In this document: positions 26,578 through 38,457 of the stretch, piece by piece
Numbering within the stretch: the stretch's first letter is position 1
Layout: each line of letters starts with the position of its first letter
Assembly (NCBI GenBank): GCA_002633005.1
Contig: NMRA01000286.1
Coordinates: forward strand, 96,067-160,066
Direction of reading: 5' to 3'
Length of the DNA: 64,000 bases
Source: Phoronis australis
Taxonomy: Eukaryota; Animalia; Phoronida
Notes under the pieces: model-generated
Database searches by the model: none
Told to the model about the DNA's origin: nothing
What the model saw: only the letters and a program-made list of their open reading frames with translations
Position numbers and translations under genes: made by a program

Positions 26578-27124
26578 CTGAAACAAGATGAAGTAGATGG
26601 CTTACTACAAAAAGAAAAACAGCAACACGCAAGACAGATGAAAAAAGGAAATGATAGCACAAAATCTCGGGGCAGCATTTGTTTAAAAATATGTACTAAT
26701 TTCTTCATTTTGAGCATTGCTATTGTATTTTCTCATAAACATTAAATTTCAATTCTCCCAACTATGAGTACCATTTCATATATACATTTGACACCATAAC
26801 ATATAAAGATATGGCATGAATTCGAAGTAAAGAGAAATATACCCCAGGAGTACAGTAAATTTGTGTATTCCAACTTNAAGATTTTAGAAAACGTCAAATT
26901 TTTAGGTTCGACCAATTTTAGGTCCATCCAATTTCTAGGTGCACTTTCTGCAAGTATTCTGTGCCTCAGATCAGTTCACAGAAGATCAAGTTGATTACAG
27001 TAATGTTACAAATCAGTAACGAAGCATCCTTATCAAGTGAAATACTAGTGAAATGGGAACTGCACTGAAAATAACTGGACACAGTCGACTCCTACACAGA
27101 AAAAGCTACAGAAAGACAACTGAC

Positions 27125-27268
27125 CTTGTTAGCCTTGTTGAATTGTGAGCCACAGTCTTCCTGTATTATGTTAAAAGGCAGATAAATGTCCAGGTAATAG
27201 ACATTCGACCTGGTCTTCAGCAGAATCCGATCTTCACCCAAATCTAATGTAAGCGTTTTGGCACTTTT
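27125..27268 (-). CDS. PIH1D1: PIH1D1 exon 8
   Basis: ccag|AAA AGT...AAG|gtcag; KSAKTLTLDLGEDRILLKTRSNVYYLDIYLPFNIIQEDCGSQFNKANK (CS domain). Confidence 0.85.
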
Positions 27269-27730
27269 CTGGAACAAGATGAAGTAGACGGCTTACTACA
27301 AAAAGAAAAACAGCAACACGCAAGACAGATGAAAAAAGGAAATGATAGCACAAAATCTCGGGGCAGCATTTGTTTAAAAATATGTACTAATTTCTTCATT
27401 TTGACCATTGCTATTTTATTTTCTCATAAACATTAAATTTCAATTCTCCCAACTATGAGTACCATTTCATATATACATTTGACACCATAACATATAAAGA
27501 TATGGCATGAATTCGAAGTAAAGAGAAATATACCCCAGGAGTACAGTAAATTTGTGTATTCCAACTTCCCACACAATGACAACCACAGATTGAACCGCTT
27601 TTCACAGGCTCTCTCTTCTGGCTGATCCCAAAACAAGATTTACTCTCATGATGTCAGAATAGACACTGCATACCAATAGTTAACACTGCTAACAGGTGGT
27701 ACCCATACGCACTCGGTACAACACACTCAC

Positions 27731-27818
27731 CACTTTAGGAAGCTCTATTTCAGCAACAAGAAACTCTGGGTGTCCTGATGTGGGTTCTTGGACTATGGTA
27801 ATCTTGGGCTGAGGAGCA
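27731..27818 (-). CDS. PIH1D1: PIH1D1 exon 7
   Basis: tccag|...GTG|gtgagt; APQPKITIVQEPTSGHPEFLVAEIELPKV. Confidence 0.85.
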
Positions 27819-28201
27819 CTGGAATTAATCCAAACTTTCAAAACCTTGTTGGACTTACAGAAGATTATTGGCAACAGAGAACTGTCTATTTGGCTTGTAA
27901 TCAACATAAATAAGAACGTGGATTTCCAGAATAGCATAGGCATACAAATGAAACAAATAAATGCAGACATCATACAACACTTGGAGACAAGAAAACCTTC
28001 TTCAGAGCAAATTTTTAGTCTTGGTTATTCATTTCAATTGCTGAAGTAAGGATGTTAATTTCAAAGCAAGCATCCAAATATTACACACTAACCTACTATA
28101 TACAGATAATTAATTAACGTGCATACATTTCTCATGATTGAAGGAGAGAGCCAAACGTCTAACTTGCACACAAATTTAGCAACAAAACTTCAATGTCTTA
28201 C

Positions 28202-28267
28202 TTGGGTTTTTCATCAGCTTGAGAGTCGGACACTTCAGATATAAGCGACTTGCCACCATCGATGGGT
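28202..28267 (-). CDS. PIH1D1: PIH1D1 exon 6 (linker)
   Basis: ttccag|A CCC ATC...CCC AA|gtaag; phase 2-2, fits neighbouring exons; PIDGGKSLISEVSDSQADEKP. Confidence 0.75.
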
Positions 28268-28793
28268 CTGGAAAAATAATAAATTTATTACAAAGATGAC
28301 CCGAACCAGGTCAACTACAAACTTTCACAACCTCTCACCAAGAAGCTCCAAAGAAAAAAATTTGGCATCAAAAGTCTCGTTAGTCTTACCTCTTTATCTT
28401 ACACTTGACCCATAATCCCAATGTAATAAATCAATAACTTGTTTTCACCAAAATTATCCAACAGATCAACTTGCTCATATGTCGAGTGCTGACAATGTCA
28501 CCAGACAAACGAGATTCCAAGTAACCAGAGTTCTGGCCACTAGTAGAAGTCAACAACATCTCATCGAAAGAGACGAGAGATCTCTGAGGATACAGGAATT
28601 TGGTAAATTCAGTCCAGCAGACCAGATTCAAGTAACAACAGTATTGCTCTTTATCAGACACTGCAACTATTCACACTCAGTCAACCATGGTAGGGCATGA
28701 ACTGCAGCGTATGATAGCAGTTACTTTACACTGACAGTGACATAGAGCGCTTGAGCAGTCTTCACAACGGAGACTACGTTGTCCAATAATTAC

Positions 28794-28890
28794 CCAGGCT
28801 CCATGTCCACTATCCAGGGCTTGGACTGTTTTCTCAAATTCTGCTCTTGCAATTTACCAACACAGCGACGGTTTTTCAACATGACCCAAT
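28794..28890 (-). CDS. PIH1D1: PIH1D1 exon 5
   Basis: NWVMLKNRRCVGKLQEQNLRKQSKPWIVDMEPG matches the PIH1D1 'W.M.KNR...G...QN.R' segment; GT-AG, phase 1-2. Confidence 0.88.
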
Positions 28891-29362
28891 CTGAAAAAGT
28901 AAACCACCTTCAAAGGATGATGTTTATACAACTTTGAAAAGCTAATGACAACACAACCACATGATTTGGATTTTAAACTAGTCACAACTAGTTTTAGCAC
29001 TGCAGACACAAGAAGTCAGACACACCTAGCAAACGCATTTGGCAGTCTACACCAGTGCATCCACTGTAACACCCAGGTCCGGGAAAGCACAAGTGGCGAA
29101 ATCCACAGACTTGAACTAAGTATGCATAAAACACCACCGGCTTATCTTATTCTTGCAACTTCCATGGAGCTAACCCAGTAACCTCCTCGCCAGCATGTTT
29201 AAAGAAGAAAGCAATGGGTTTGACACAGCGCCTTATCTGTCCTAGTTGAGACTTAAATGACATTGTGGAAGAACCAAAAGCATATGTAGCTGAACATGAC
29301 CAGTAACGCAGACGCATAAGCTAATGAATGTCATCGTTTATTTGCCAAGTGTAATAACTCAC

Positions 29363-29624
29363 TTCTGTCCAACTCGATGGAGTACTTGTTCTCCAGACCT
29401 TCAATTGCACAAGTAATGAAGAAACCCATGAATACATCACTGTTTTGAACCTTAGCCATGAAATCAGGGTGGATGAGAATGTCATAGGCAGTGCAGCCCC
29501 GGCCAGACTTGTCAATCTCAGCATGCGGCTCACCAAGACTCATGGGAAGGCGAAAACGGGATGGATCCTCAGATTCCAAGATCTCCAACAACTCTTTTTC
29601 AGAAACATCCTTTGGCAAGGGTAC
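29363..29624 (-). CDS. PIH1D1: PIH1D1 exon 4 (PIH-N domain)
   Basis: VPLPKDVSEKELLEILESEDPSRFRLPMSLGEPHAEIDKSGRGCTAYD...EGLENKY; the 'FRxPMSLGEPHAExD..G.GCTAYD' signature of PIH1D1. Confidence 0.93.
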
Positions 29625-30592
29625 CTTTAGAAATGAATTAGAGTGGCTAATACACTAACATTTCCTTATTTTTTCAGTAATCAGTTGGCTATTTTAAGAA
29701 AGACTCACACAGTATTCCAAAACAACAAGTAGCAACCAGCTTAGTTGATCAAAAAATACCCCACACATTATGTTTTTTCAATATGTTTGTTATATCAAGT
29801 CTTTAAACAGATCAAAACTTGATTTGATGACCAGCAGCTCAACAATGCAGCTGCATATTTCGCTTGGAGACCTGGCAAAAAATCCCAAACTGTCATAAAG
29901 TGGCCAAATATTTTGCGATTTGAAAACTTGGTCACTCAGAAGAAGACCGAAAAACAAGAATTCACGGGACTGGTGTAATCCACTTTGAAATTTGTGGTGA
30001 CCTCCAAACGTTAAAAATTGGTAATGTTTTCCCCACACTACGATTATACTTTTGTTCCACAACAGTTTCATTTAATTTGTGAAATCATTACATCTGCCAC
30101 CCTCGACACATATCTGAGCATGCGCTCAAATTACAACAAGAAATAAACAGACAGGGATATATCGGACATGAAGTAAAGTAAGCTATCATTGAGTTAAAAA
30201 AGAAAAAAGAAACACACACAATTTTGGGTTTTGTGGTGTATATTTGCCCAGTTGCCCCACTTCCTCAGTTTTGATGTCCTGTTTTTATAAATTTTGCTTG
30301 CTGAAAACTATGTGTCATTTGTGGAGGTAACACCTCTCCCACCCCACAATATTTTGGTTAGCTTGTTTTCCTTTAAGTGACCAAGGATTATTTTGTCATA
30401 TTTTTGAGTTGGCGTTATGATAGGCGTCGAGCCAAAGCACCCATTTCTTAAAGTGACTGTCGTTTGTGAAGGCCCAGACTTTCACACCACCACATACAGG
30501 ATTTCCTTCTTCATTTGACAACCAGGGAATTTTGCCAGGTCACATTTGGCGAATTGACATTGTGCTGAGTAGTGAACCTTGAAGATACTTAC

Positions 30593-30660
30593 ATTTTCAT
30601 GCATACATCCATTCAAAAACACTTTATCATTTTTCTTGTCTTTAGTCTTGATGCAGAAAC
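30593..30660 (-). CDS. PIH1D1: PIH1D1 exon 3
   Basis: tttag|GT TTC TGC ATC AAG ACT...AAT|gtaagt; GFCIKTK...KVFLN motif. Confidence 0.9.
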
Positions 30661-31567
30661 CTAAAACAGAGACATGTTTCTGATCTAAAGACTTAGCACA
30701 AGCTGACACTCATCAAACTGCAGCATCAACTGCCTCATCATTTGTACTAAAATCCATCTTGCGAGAATACCCTCTGATACAAGAGGTGAAGAAATTGATT
30801 GTATTATTGGTGGACACAACCGTGTTTCTGATGCTGACATAGTCGGTAAACCAACCCTTATTTAAATAGATAAGTCCACACAGTGAAAGTATAGAATGAA
30901 GTGTCATACAACTCACACTCGCACTGCAAGTCAATTATTAACCTACAAGTGTCGAAATTGAGATCGTATGAACACATTTAACTTAGGAAATAATACAGCG
31001 AATATAACTGCATGGAAATCAAGCCTTTGAAAGAACTCTTTGACTCGAAGATTTCGATTTTTACTTTTTGCTCGTCACTCTGCCATCTTCAATTTTTAAG
31101 CTACTTGTGAACTCATAAACTAAATCAATCATTGGGCTCATTGGCTGGCAATCGGGTCACTACACAATGTCATTAGGTCAAAAACTAAGGGTAGAAGATG
31201 GCAAACGATTTGATTCGTTGTTGTTAGAGGTAGGTAAAAAGAGGCAAAATATAATCAGTAAGACCGTTTGCGGTTTCGTAAACGTGTCAAGAAAATTTGA
31301 TTTGGTTAGTACTAACACACCTCTTGGTTTATATTCAGTTCACCAAGTGGTGCAAAGCCCTCTGGTGGACCTTCAGCTCTGTTTAAGAGCTGAATATTGG
31401 TTACTGCTGACACAGCTGATAAGTCCAAATAGGCCATGATTGATGTATAACACTTTGGCTAGTGCTTTGCACTACTGTGGTGGAAGTACAAAGTACAAAC
31501 ATTGTCAACTTCAAACTTGCACCACATGAACAATGTCCACAACTACAACCATCTGACCACACGTTAC

Positions 31568-31628
31568 CTGGTCGTGGAATGCATTTGACGGTAGGCTGAT
31601 TCTGGGCTTGTTGACTATGTTGCGAGGC
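31568..31628 (-). CDS. PIH1D1: PIH1D1 exon 2
   Basis: ttgtag|GCC TCG CAA...CCA G|gtaac; ASQHSQQAQNQPTVKCIPRP, continuing into the P-G-F-C motif. Confidence 0.8.
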
Positions 31629-32569
31629 CTACAAGACATGAAAACACAGGAAGTTAATATCAGTCCCTTATAGTAATTATATAGGCTTTGGACTCCCCGG
31701 CAAAAACAAAGGTTTGCTTACATAAAACTACCAAAGGAACAAAATATTGAAAACCTTCACTTTATGTCTTACACTAGGTTCAAATGAGTGGCGAAGTTTT
31801 CCAGTGGCGAAAATGCTGGCATTTCAGGTAAATAAACGAGCTGTCTGAGAGAGGGACAGTTTAGTCAGCAGTTAGTTTGTTTGCTTACCACCAGCATCAC
31901 TTTTAAAGTGAAAATTGATGACAAAACAGCAATAACCTCTTTTCCATTTGTGTGTGTGTTCTTTGAATTAAGTGGTCTGGCTACAAAAGTGCTAACAAAA
32001 ACACAGTCAGTTTTGGGGTGACTCAAACCACCATTTTTAACACTTCATGTGGCAGGTAGTATGACATCATACCTCCTGGCGAGCACAGCAGAGAAATGGC
32101 CAGTTACCAATTATGGGAACTGAACGAGGGACTGCTCGAAGAAAGGAGTATTTGTTGGAGTTGGAAGAAATAAACATCAACGGCCTCCCAATGTGTACCT
32201 CTATGCACATAAGGTATTTATAACCACGTGACCTTGATGTTTTAGTGGGTGTGAGGCATATTGCGCCGAAAAGCTTCCGGCCACGGTGTATGAAGTTAGT
32301 GTTGAGCCAGCAAAAAAAGACAGTGGTCACTGTTTAATTGTGTATGTGACGTGTCATTGTGTAAGCTTCTGCATCACAAAATTTATGTAGAGGTACCAAA
32401 TACACTACAATACAGAGTACAGTACAGTAGGCTACACCACCGCTGGGGCTAGGCAGGTAAATTATCCCTGCAGAAGTCCAAGAACTTGCACCAAAAATAA
32501 CATTACATTTAGGCGTGTTTCCTGTGACTAAATACAACATAGGATGGCACTACAGGTTTTCTTGTTCAC

Positions 32570-32641
32570 CTGAAGAAGTAAATTCTGATAAATCGCCTGC
32601 TCTTCAGCGTTCAAATCCGCGGGCACATCCAAGGTTTCCAT
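32570..32641 (-). CDS. PIH1D1: PIH1D1 first coding exon
   Basis: caacATGG Kozak context; METLDVPADLNAEEQAIYQNLLLQ|gtgaac, giving the LLLQAS junction as in PIH1D1. Confidence 0.8.
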
Positions 32642-32878
32642 GTTGGAAAACCGAGACGCGAGTGCAAGTTCGCTGAAGTGTTATTACGCTCTGTATAGGT
32701 GGCGCTCTCATAGACATCTTTAAGATGTATTAAATACCGTTGTGATGTCTATGATAAATGCTAGATAAAACAGAACACTGTGCGGAACAATGAGCTGTAT
32801 ACATAAAGTTGACATCACGTGGTTGGTCCGTCATCTTGCTGATGAACCATGTTAGTCGATATGAGTGTGTACAGTGTA

Positions 32879-34185
32879 GTATCTAGGAACCAATATTTTA
32901 TAACAGCACGGGATTTCAAGTAAAAACTCGTAGCTTTTATGTCAGGATCATCGAGTGCAAACTAGGATTTTTAGAAAATCATCCAAGAAAATCATTGCAC
33001 ACTTGAGCACAGCATTAAAGGGCTTTAACACCTATCTCAGTTAGTTATAGCAGAAAACATCAAAAATAAAGTTTGATTTCCAGTATAAAGGTTAGACCCA
33101 GAATCAATGATGTAATTTTTTGGTCTTTCAAGGTTTGAAAATTGAAACTGAAATAAAATGATTTCGTGGGTGAGAATCCGATCGCAGAAACAATGTTATT
33201 CAACTTCACGAACACACACTTAAGTCTGCCAGTTTTCGGTGGACTTTAACTGACTCATTGACTTTCCTTCTTAGTCCGATATGTCTTTTTACTGAAGGGT
33301 TTAGTGACCAAGATATCTGTTGTTTTCTAGGAATGAAGAAACACAAAAAGTGACTACAAGATTAACAGTTGTACATTTTTACAGAGTGGACACCAATTCA
33401 AAGATTTATTAATATAGTAGAAAGAAGGGATACCCCAAGAATGCGACGGCACCCCACAATGTTATATTGGGACGGCGGGTAGATGGGTTGTTTCTGTTGT
33501 CTGGAATGATTTGGTTGAAAATGGACTGGATAAACACAACACACAATGGTATCTAGGAACTAATATTGGTAACAACACGAGATTCAAGTAAAAACTCATA
33601 GTTTTGATGTCAGGATCATCAAGTGCAAACTAGGATTTTTAGAAAATCATCCAAGAAAATCATTGCACACTTGAGCACAGCATTAAAGGGTCTTAACACT
33701 TATCTTTAGTTATATCAGAAAACATCAAAAATAAAGTTTGACTTCTGGTATTAGACACAGAATCATTGATATAATTTTTTGGTCTTTCGAGGCTTAAAAA
33801 TTGAAACTGAAATAAAATAATTTTGTGGGTGAGAATCCGATCGCAGAAACAATATTGTTCAACTTCATTTCAGGGTTCCTAGAGCACACACTAAAGTCGA
33901 TTTTTCGTGGTCTTTTACCTGACTTTCCTTCTTAGTCCGATATGTCTTTTAAAAGGGTTTAGTGACCTTATTCTTTCCAAGATATCTGTTATTTTTTAGC
34001 AACGAAGAAGCACAAAAAGTGACAACAAGATTAATAGTTCGACATTTTTACAGAGTGAACACCCGCAATTCGAAGATTTATTAAATTTAGCCAGGTTATT
34101 GGGAACGGGGCAGGATCGAAGGAAGGGATACCGCAAGAATACTACACCCCACAATGTTATATTGGGACGGTAGATGGGTTGTTAC
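32879..34185. repeat. ~670-bp diverged tandem duplication upstream of PIH1D1
   Basis: gtatctaggaac.aatatt...gggacgg...tagatgggttgtt occurs at ~32879-33497 and ~33549-34185, with indels. Confidence 0.85.
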
Positions 34186-34949
34186 TGTAGATTTCAAGAG
34201 ATGGGACAAATGCTATGTAGCCTGGCAAGCTATTAAAATCTGAAACTGTCCTGCTTGAGGAAAATCATCATTTTTATACTCCGTCGTGTTTATGGTCTTC
34301 TGGTACTTACAGTGTATCAATGCCTGGGTATGTAGGACAGAGCAGGTAGTTTACGATCATTCAGTTTTGTCACATGTATTTTGTAGCGGCGTGTTGTCAA
34401 TATAAATGTACTAGTAACATAATTGTGTGCCAGCAAATGTCAGATCCAACTTACTTTAGGGATTAAATTAGAGTTGGTTGAAATCTGACTTTCACTGAAG
34501 TGAAGTGCATGTACTAGTAGGATACAGTAACTTTGTACCAGCTAGACATTTACCTTTTACTGTCACGGTGTGATTTTACTGCGTGATGGTGATATTTTGA
34601 AATAAATGAAAACTTTATTGTTTGAAATGGTTACAATGTGTTTTTTCTGTGTGATCATTTTTGTTGTTCTCGTTCTGGAAGGCCAATCAGATGGAAATGT
34701 GCTTGTTATTGACAGAAAAAAAACTGCGATTCCGCACATCATGGGCGGATAAAATGGGTACATTGATTGGTGTAAAAAAATAATATTGGTAAAAATTAGT
34801 AATGCGAACGTCTTCTGAAAACTCTAGTTCCACTTACATACAACAGAGTCCATGACAGAACTGTCTCAACTGTGAGACCATGTCCTTTCAAACTGTACAA
34901 ATTTCCAGTTCACCATGCTAAGATGAATTAGGTACTAAGACAAGTAATA

Positions 34950-35561
34950 CATAGGCGGATTTAAGGGAGGGGGCAGCCCCCCTCTCCCTTGGCTGTGGCA
35001 AAAAAATAAAACAGCAAGAGCGTGAGGAAATATTGAGTTTATTAACTAACCCCGGTAATTATCATGCGGCTGAAACAATATTTAACGTGGCAGTTGTAGT
35101 TCGTGTGTGGGCGTGTGCGTGCGTGTGTGTGGGAGGCTCAGACCCTATTGTAAGTGTCGGAGCCAGACCATCGTTTTCCCTTTTTTTTTAGTCCTCCGTT
35201 TGTTTTTCATTGCAAGGTCCAATGGCGGATCTACAGGGGGGTTCAGGGGGTTCAACCCCCCCCCTCGGGACAGGATCAAAAATGAAAATTGAAAAAAATT
35301 TCGACAGAAAAACGAAATCAGCTACTAAAAACCACAAAAATCTTGCACAGGAGGGGGGAAACTCCCTCCCGACCTTCCTTCCGCTCGGCGCCACGCGTCT
35401 AGGATTCGCTCGAATTCTAACCCCCCCCCTTTACTGAAAACGTAGATCTGCCACTGAGGTCCACATTTTCAGAAATTCGAGCCCCCCCCCCATATTTTGG
35501 GCTGGATGCTCGACACAAAGTGTTGCCTCCCCTTATTAGTGATATCCTAGATCCGCCACTG
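34950..35561. mobile_element. GGCGGAT-type MITE with a 5-bp TSD, containing a nested relative
   Basis: taata|cataggcggattta ... tagatccgccactg|taata. Confidence 0.7.
35220..35456. mobile_element. Nested GGCGGAT-type MITE with a 5-bp TSD
   Basis: aggtc|caatggcggatctac ... gtagatctgccactg|aggtc. Confidence 0.75.
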
Positions 35562-36049
35562 TAATACTAGATATAGTGAAAGAAAAGTTATGAGCGTATC
35601 ACTGAAGTAATTTTCCTTGAGAAAACTCAGCACCCCTTACATGCGTTTTATTTTTTGAAAAATCGTGTGCATATTGATGTAATTATTATTCCTTGGTATA
35701 ACTTGAAGTAGACAGTTCCAATCACCTTTCGAGAACAGGTCTGTGCAAATGCATACTTCGGACCTTCGGCTTCAGCCTTCAAGCAAAGGTGTTCACCGGC
35801 ACACGCAGCAAATGGATGTACATGTGCGTGTCTTACCAACCACTACAGGGTGTTTTGGGTGTCACTTATGCATTCTTCTTTTTTCATTGAAATACTTAAT
35901 GTTAACATATCAGTTTCTATAACTCTATCCTTTTGCAAAAGTTTGCTCCCATCTTTTATTCAAATTGGCCTATGCCCTAAATTCTGAATATGAATATACA
36001 CATGTACACAAACATGTACAGTTCCATCGGTCAATTGTTGCATACATAC

Positions 36050-36814
36050 AAAATACCTCGATTTCATATGAAAACGGGAGCATAACGTCATAGATGGCTA
36101 TATTCCAAATTTTATGAAAATCCGTTAAGGACCTTTAAAGATACAGAGGTAAATGTAAAAAACTAAAATTGCCACTAGGGGGCACACCGGTAGTCAGATC
36201 CGTCCAAAAGTCGTCGTCGTCCGTTGTGAACATCATATTAATACACTTGCTAAATTTAGTAAAGATCCTGTAAACGATTAAGAAGATACAGCTATGGGCG
36301 CAAAAAAACTGCCACTAGGAGGCGCCACAGTAGTCGAAGTCGTCGGAAAATCATCATGAGCTGTCCTCTATCTTCATAGTTAGAACGTCCACAATTTTTA
36401 CAATCATCCTTAGAGCGGCTTGGTTGATAGAGGGGGGACGTAAATAAATATACTCCAAACAGTAAAAATGGTCAGCAAAATACATCGAATCCATCCCAAA
36501 ACGGGAAGAGAGCGTCATCTCACCAACAGATGCCTATACGCCAAATTTTACGAAAATCCCGGCCGAGGAGGACCTTTGAAGATACAGAGGTAAACGCAAA
36601 AAAATAAAATTGCCACGAGGGGGCACACTGGTAGTGGGGTCCGTCCGAAATTTCGCTTATGCCGTCCCATCCATAAAAGAAACACGTGCAAAATTTCATG
36701 AACACATGACAAACGGTTAATTTTCGAGATAAAGCAGCGGACGCCGCCCGGATGGACGGACGGACGGATATGACGCATAATACATCCACATATAAATAAG
36801 TGGGCGAATAAAAA
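36050..36814 (-). mobile_element. HINE-like element, reverse copy (3'-truncated)
   Basis: Reverse complement of the 5' part of 7949-9428, including (acgg)n, the stem-loop and ccactagggggcac core motifs. Confidence 0.75.
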
Positions 36815-37678
36815 CTAGCTTGAGACTGGTATCACTAAAACACTTCAGAACTAAAAAAGTGAACTGAATTGAATTTCACGCCTTTTAGATCAGCAGTCAT
36901 AGGTCTGTCGTCCAAAAGACAAGTGACTTTTACTTAACCGTTTAAATTGGAGTCAATAAATTTTACTTTTAGTTCACGGAATACATTGCAATGTGTAATT
37001 GAGGCAGGTGTTTTACATCTATTAAAATAATTTACAACTGAAGTCAAATAGAATATGTTTTAATTTTCTTAATTCATTGAATACATTCTTATTAGGAAGA
37101 AGGTGGTACATGTTCTCTGTGCTATAAGTCAGAGATACACCATTAATGTACACGCGCCTTCTTTTTTACCTAAAAAGTTCACAGACGTAACGTGCTTCGT
37201 CAGTGCACGATTTGTTCACCATGGTCTGATTATCAGAATTGAAAGCGGGGCAGCCCGGGGAATCTGAAACAGATAACGTGATTAAGTGTCAAACAATAAC
37301 CAGTAAGGATGTCGACGTTCCGCAAGAAATGAAGTGCAAACTAGTCGCTAAACCAACCCTTAAACTGTTTAAGAGTTGAATATTGGCTAGGGGCAAACTA
37401 GCTTCTCACTGTTTCACTAGGCATACTCAAATCCGAAAGGAAAATGTTACCATGTAAGGCAGCATCCAAAATCTTAGGACGAGGATAAAAAGGAAAAAAT
37501 GGTGATAATGACAGTGATAAAAATTTCATAGTATTTTATAATAATGCACTTCAAAAATACTGGACTTGAATGTAATAAAAAGTCATTCATCATCTTTTAT
37601 TGAGAAAAAATACTTTACAAGACAAAAGTAATCCGACAAAATATCGAGATGGCAGTTCATTCTGTTAACAGTAAAAAA

Positions 37679-37851
37679 CTAGTAGGCGTAATAACTATTA
37701 TGGCGGCAAACTCTAATTACATAGTAGCTTAGCCAATCTTTGTCTGGATACTTTTGGCATGTACTGTTATTCCTTGTTGATAAAACACGAACGAACTGAG
37801 CGGACGAAAATCTTCCAAAACTTCTACTGCTCAACAGAATACCATCGAAGG
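37679..37851 (-). CDS. Candidate terminal exon of the lectin/TLDc gene
   Basis: aacttacag| phase-1 open frame of 57 codons (FDGILLSSRSFGRF...STCQKYPDKDW...VC...AY*), with minus-strand AATAAA near 37596. Confidence 0.35.
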
Positions 37852-38388
37852 CTGTAAGTTGGTTCTACAAATGTCTGTTGTATATAAATAATTGTCTGGA
37901 TAACGCCGCGTTTCATCGCTATGTTACACAATACCTTAAATAGATTGTAAGAAACCTTTACAACGACCGCAAAACAAGATTAGTTTAATTGTGAAAGTAA
38001 CAGATAAACTTCCATCATACTCTTTAAAAGAAATAGTTTAAACAACAAAGCTGTATTTTTACTCAATAACCGAGCCATAACCCCTCGATATAATCGTAAC
38101 CAAGCAAAGAAGCTGTAGAGGTTGACAAGATAAGTAAGAAAGCTTATGTTAGCTTTTACTGTCAGTTCCTGTGTCTACGTGTATATCACACTCCAGCTCA
38201 TTACACTCTGCATTTCTGTTGTACTTCTTTGTTTCATTCTCAGTCATACTTCAGAAATGAACGTTTATAACGAACTTAATTGCGCTTTGTTTTCCTATCT
38301 GGGAACTTAGCTAGTTGGTCCCATCTGCAAGACTACCTTCGTTTATCCAGACGGTGATCAGTCGAAAATAACTCAGATAGAGCCAATG

Positions 38389-38433
38389 ATGTGTGTGTGT
38401 GCGTGCGTGTGTGCGTGCGCGCGTGCGTGTGTG
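38389..38433. repeat. (GT)n/(GTGC)n microsatellite
   Basis: gtgtgtgtgtgcgtgcgtgtgtgcgtgcgcgcgtgcgtgtgtgt. Confidence 0.85.
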
Positions 38434-38457
38434 TAGCTCATTGGATAGAGCGTAGGT

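Larger units (their letters stand above)
26187..27567. repeat. 690-bp near-identical tandem duplication separated by a single N (26187-26876 / 26878-27567)
   Basis: The two copies differ by about 10 substitutions or indels by eye; the junction is the only N in the window (26877). Confidence 0.9.

Noticed and set aside
30670-30745. Intronic C/D snoRNA in PIH1D1 (ATGATGA on the minus strand)
   Set aside because: No D box (CTGA) or terminal stem at a suitable distance
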